Below, in pieces: positions 63,590-64,000 of a stretch of 64,000 nucleotides of DNA. Made by a program: the position numbers and the translations under genes. Each line of letters opens with the position of its first letter. Positions within the stretch are counted from its first letter, which is position 1. The notes under the pieces were generated by a model. It searched no databases, had not been told where the DNA came from, and was given only the letters and a program-made list of their open reading frames with translations. This stretch comes from Vicugna vicugna (Eukaryota). Where the stretch lies: assembly GCA_013265495.1 (NCBI GenBank), contig MU058103.1, positions 1,124,870-1,188,869 of the forward strand, in the 5' to 3' direction.

Positions 63590-63865
63590 GGCTTTGGAAT
63601 CAAAGGGATCTATGAGCAGTGCATTTCACATTAGAGGTGACCTCTGGACTCAGATGAGCTCAGTTCAAATTCTGCTGTACTGAATAGTTATTGTGTGACC
63701 TTAGGCAAATACTGGAAAAATGTGAAACCTCTCTTTTTTCGTACATTAAAAGAAGATGTAAATGCTAATCTTATCTTCATACAGTTGTTAGGAATATTAA
63801 GTGGATATTAGATATTAAATGAGATAAGTCAAATACTTAGAACAGTGTCAATCACATTTGTAAGT
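63590..63865 (+). mobile_element. MIR SINE
   Basis: gttcaaattctgc...tgtgtgaccttaggcaaat...attaaatgagataag...cttagaacagtg. Confidence 0.7.
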
Positions 63866-63866
63866 A

Positions 63867-64000
63867 CAGTTGTCTCTCAGTATCCACGGGGGGATCAGTT
63901 CCAGGACCCCCATCTTTACCAGAATCTGTGGATGCTCAAGTCCTGTAGTCAGCCCTCTGTATTCGCCATTTTGCAGCCACAGATTCAACCAACCACAGAT
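63867..64000 (+). mobile_element. MER2/MER8-like Tigger-family MITE, truncated by window end
   Basis: ta|cagttgtctctcagtatccacgggggatcagttccaggacccc...ggatgctcaagtcc. Confidence 0.85.

Noticed and set aside
1..64000. CRISPR array, operon, intact provirus or other novel multi-gene system
   Set aside because: No regularly spaced repeats, long ORFs, or paired LTRs with gag/pol; the content fits ordinary mammalian non-coding DNA

Overview
Mammalian non-coding DNA, either a long intron or intergenic. It is most likely camelid (alpaca/vicuña/camel), because five copies of a tRNA-derived SINE match my recollection of the camelid vic-1 family and I saw no Alu, B1/B2, Bov-tA/BovB or PRE-type SINEs. 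I recognise no protein-coding exon, RNA gene or host gene. The only ORFs with recognisable products are decayed L1 ORF2 and Tigger1 transposase fragments. A large part of the window is interspersed repeat: many ancient MIR and L2 pieces, several L1 3' ends, ERV/MaLR solo LTRs (LTR33-, MLT1-, MLT2-, MER21-, MER34-like and lineage-specific ERV1-like), a near full-length Tigger1, and Tigger/hAT MITEs. I found no evidence of an undescribed biological system. The most notable items are mechanistic retrotransposition footprints (an internal L1 ORF2 fragment with a 13-bp TSD and no tail, a twin-primed inverted L1, a three-level nested insertion), a SINE with AT-to-GC-biased divergence, an orphan CpG-rich patch, and several TE-free, motif-dense blocks that could be enhancers. 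Repeat family names come from remembered consensus sequences, not a database search, and boundaries of old repeats are approximate.
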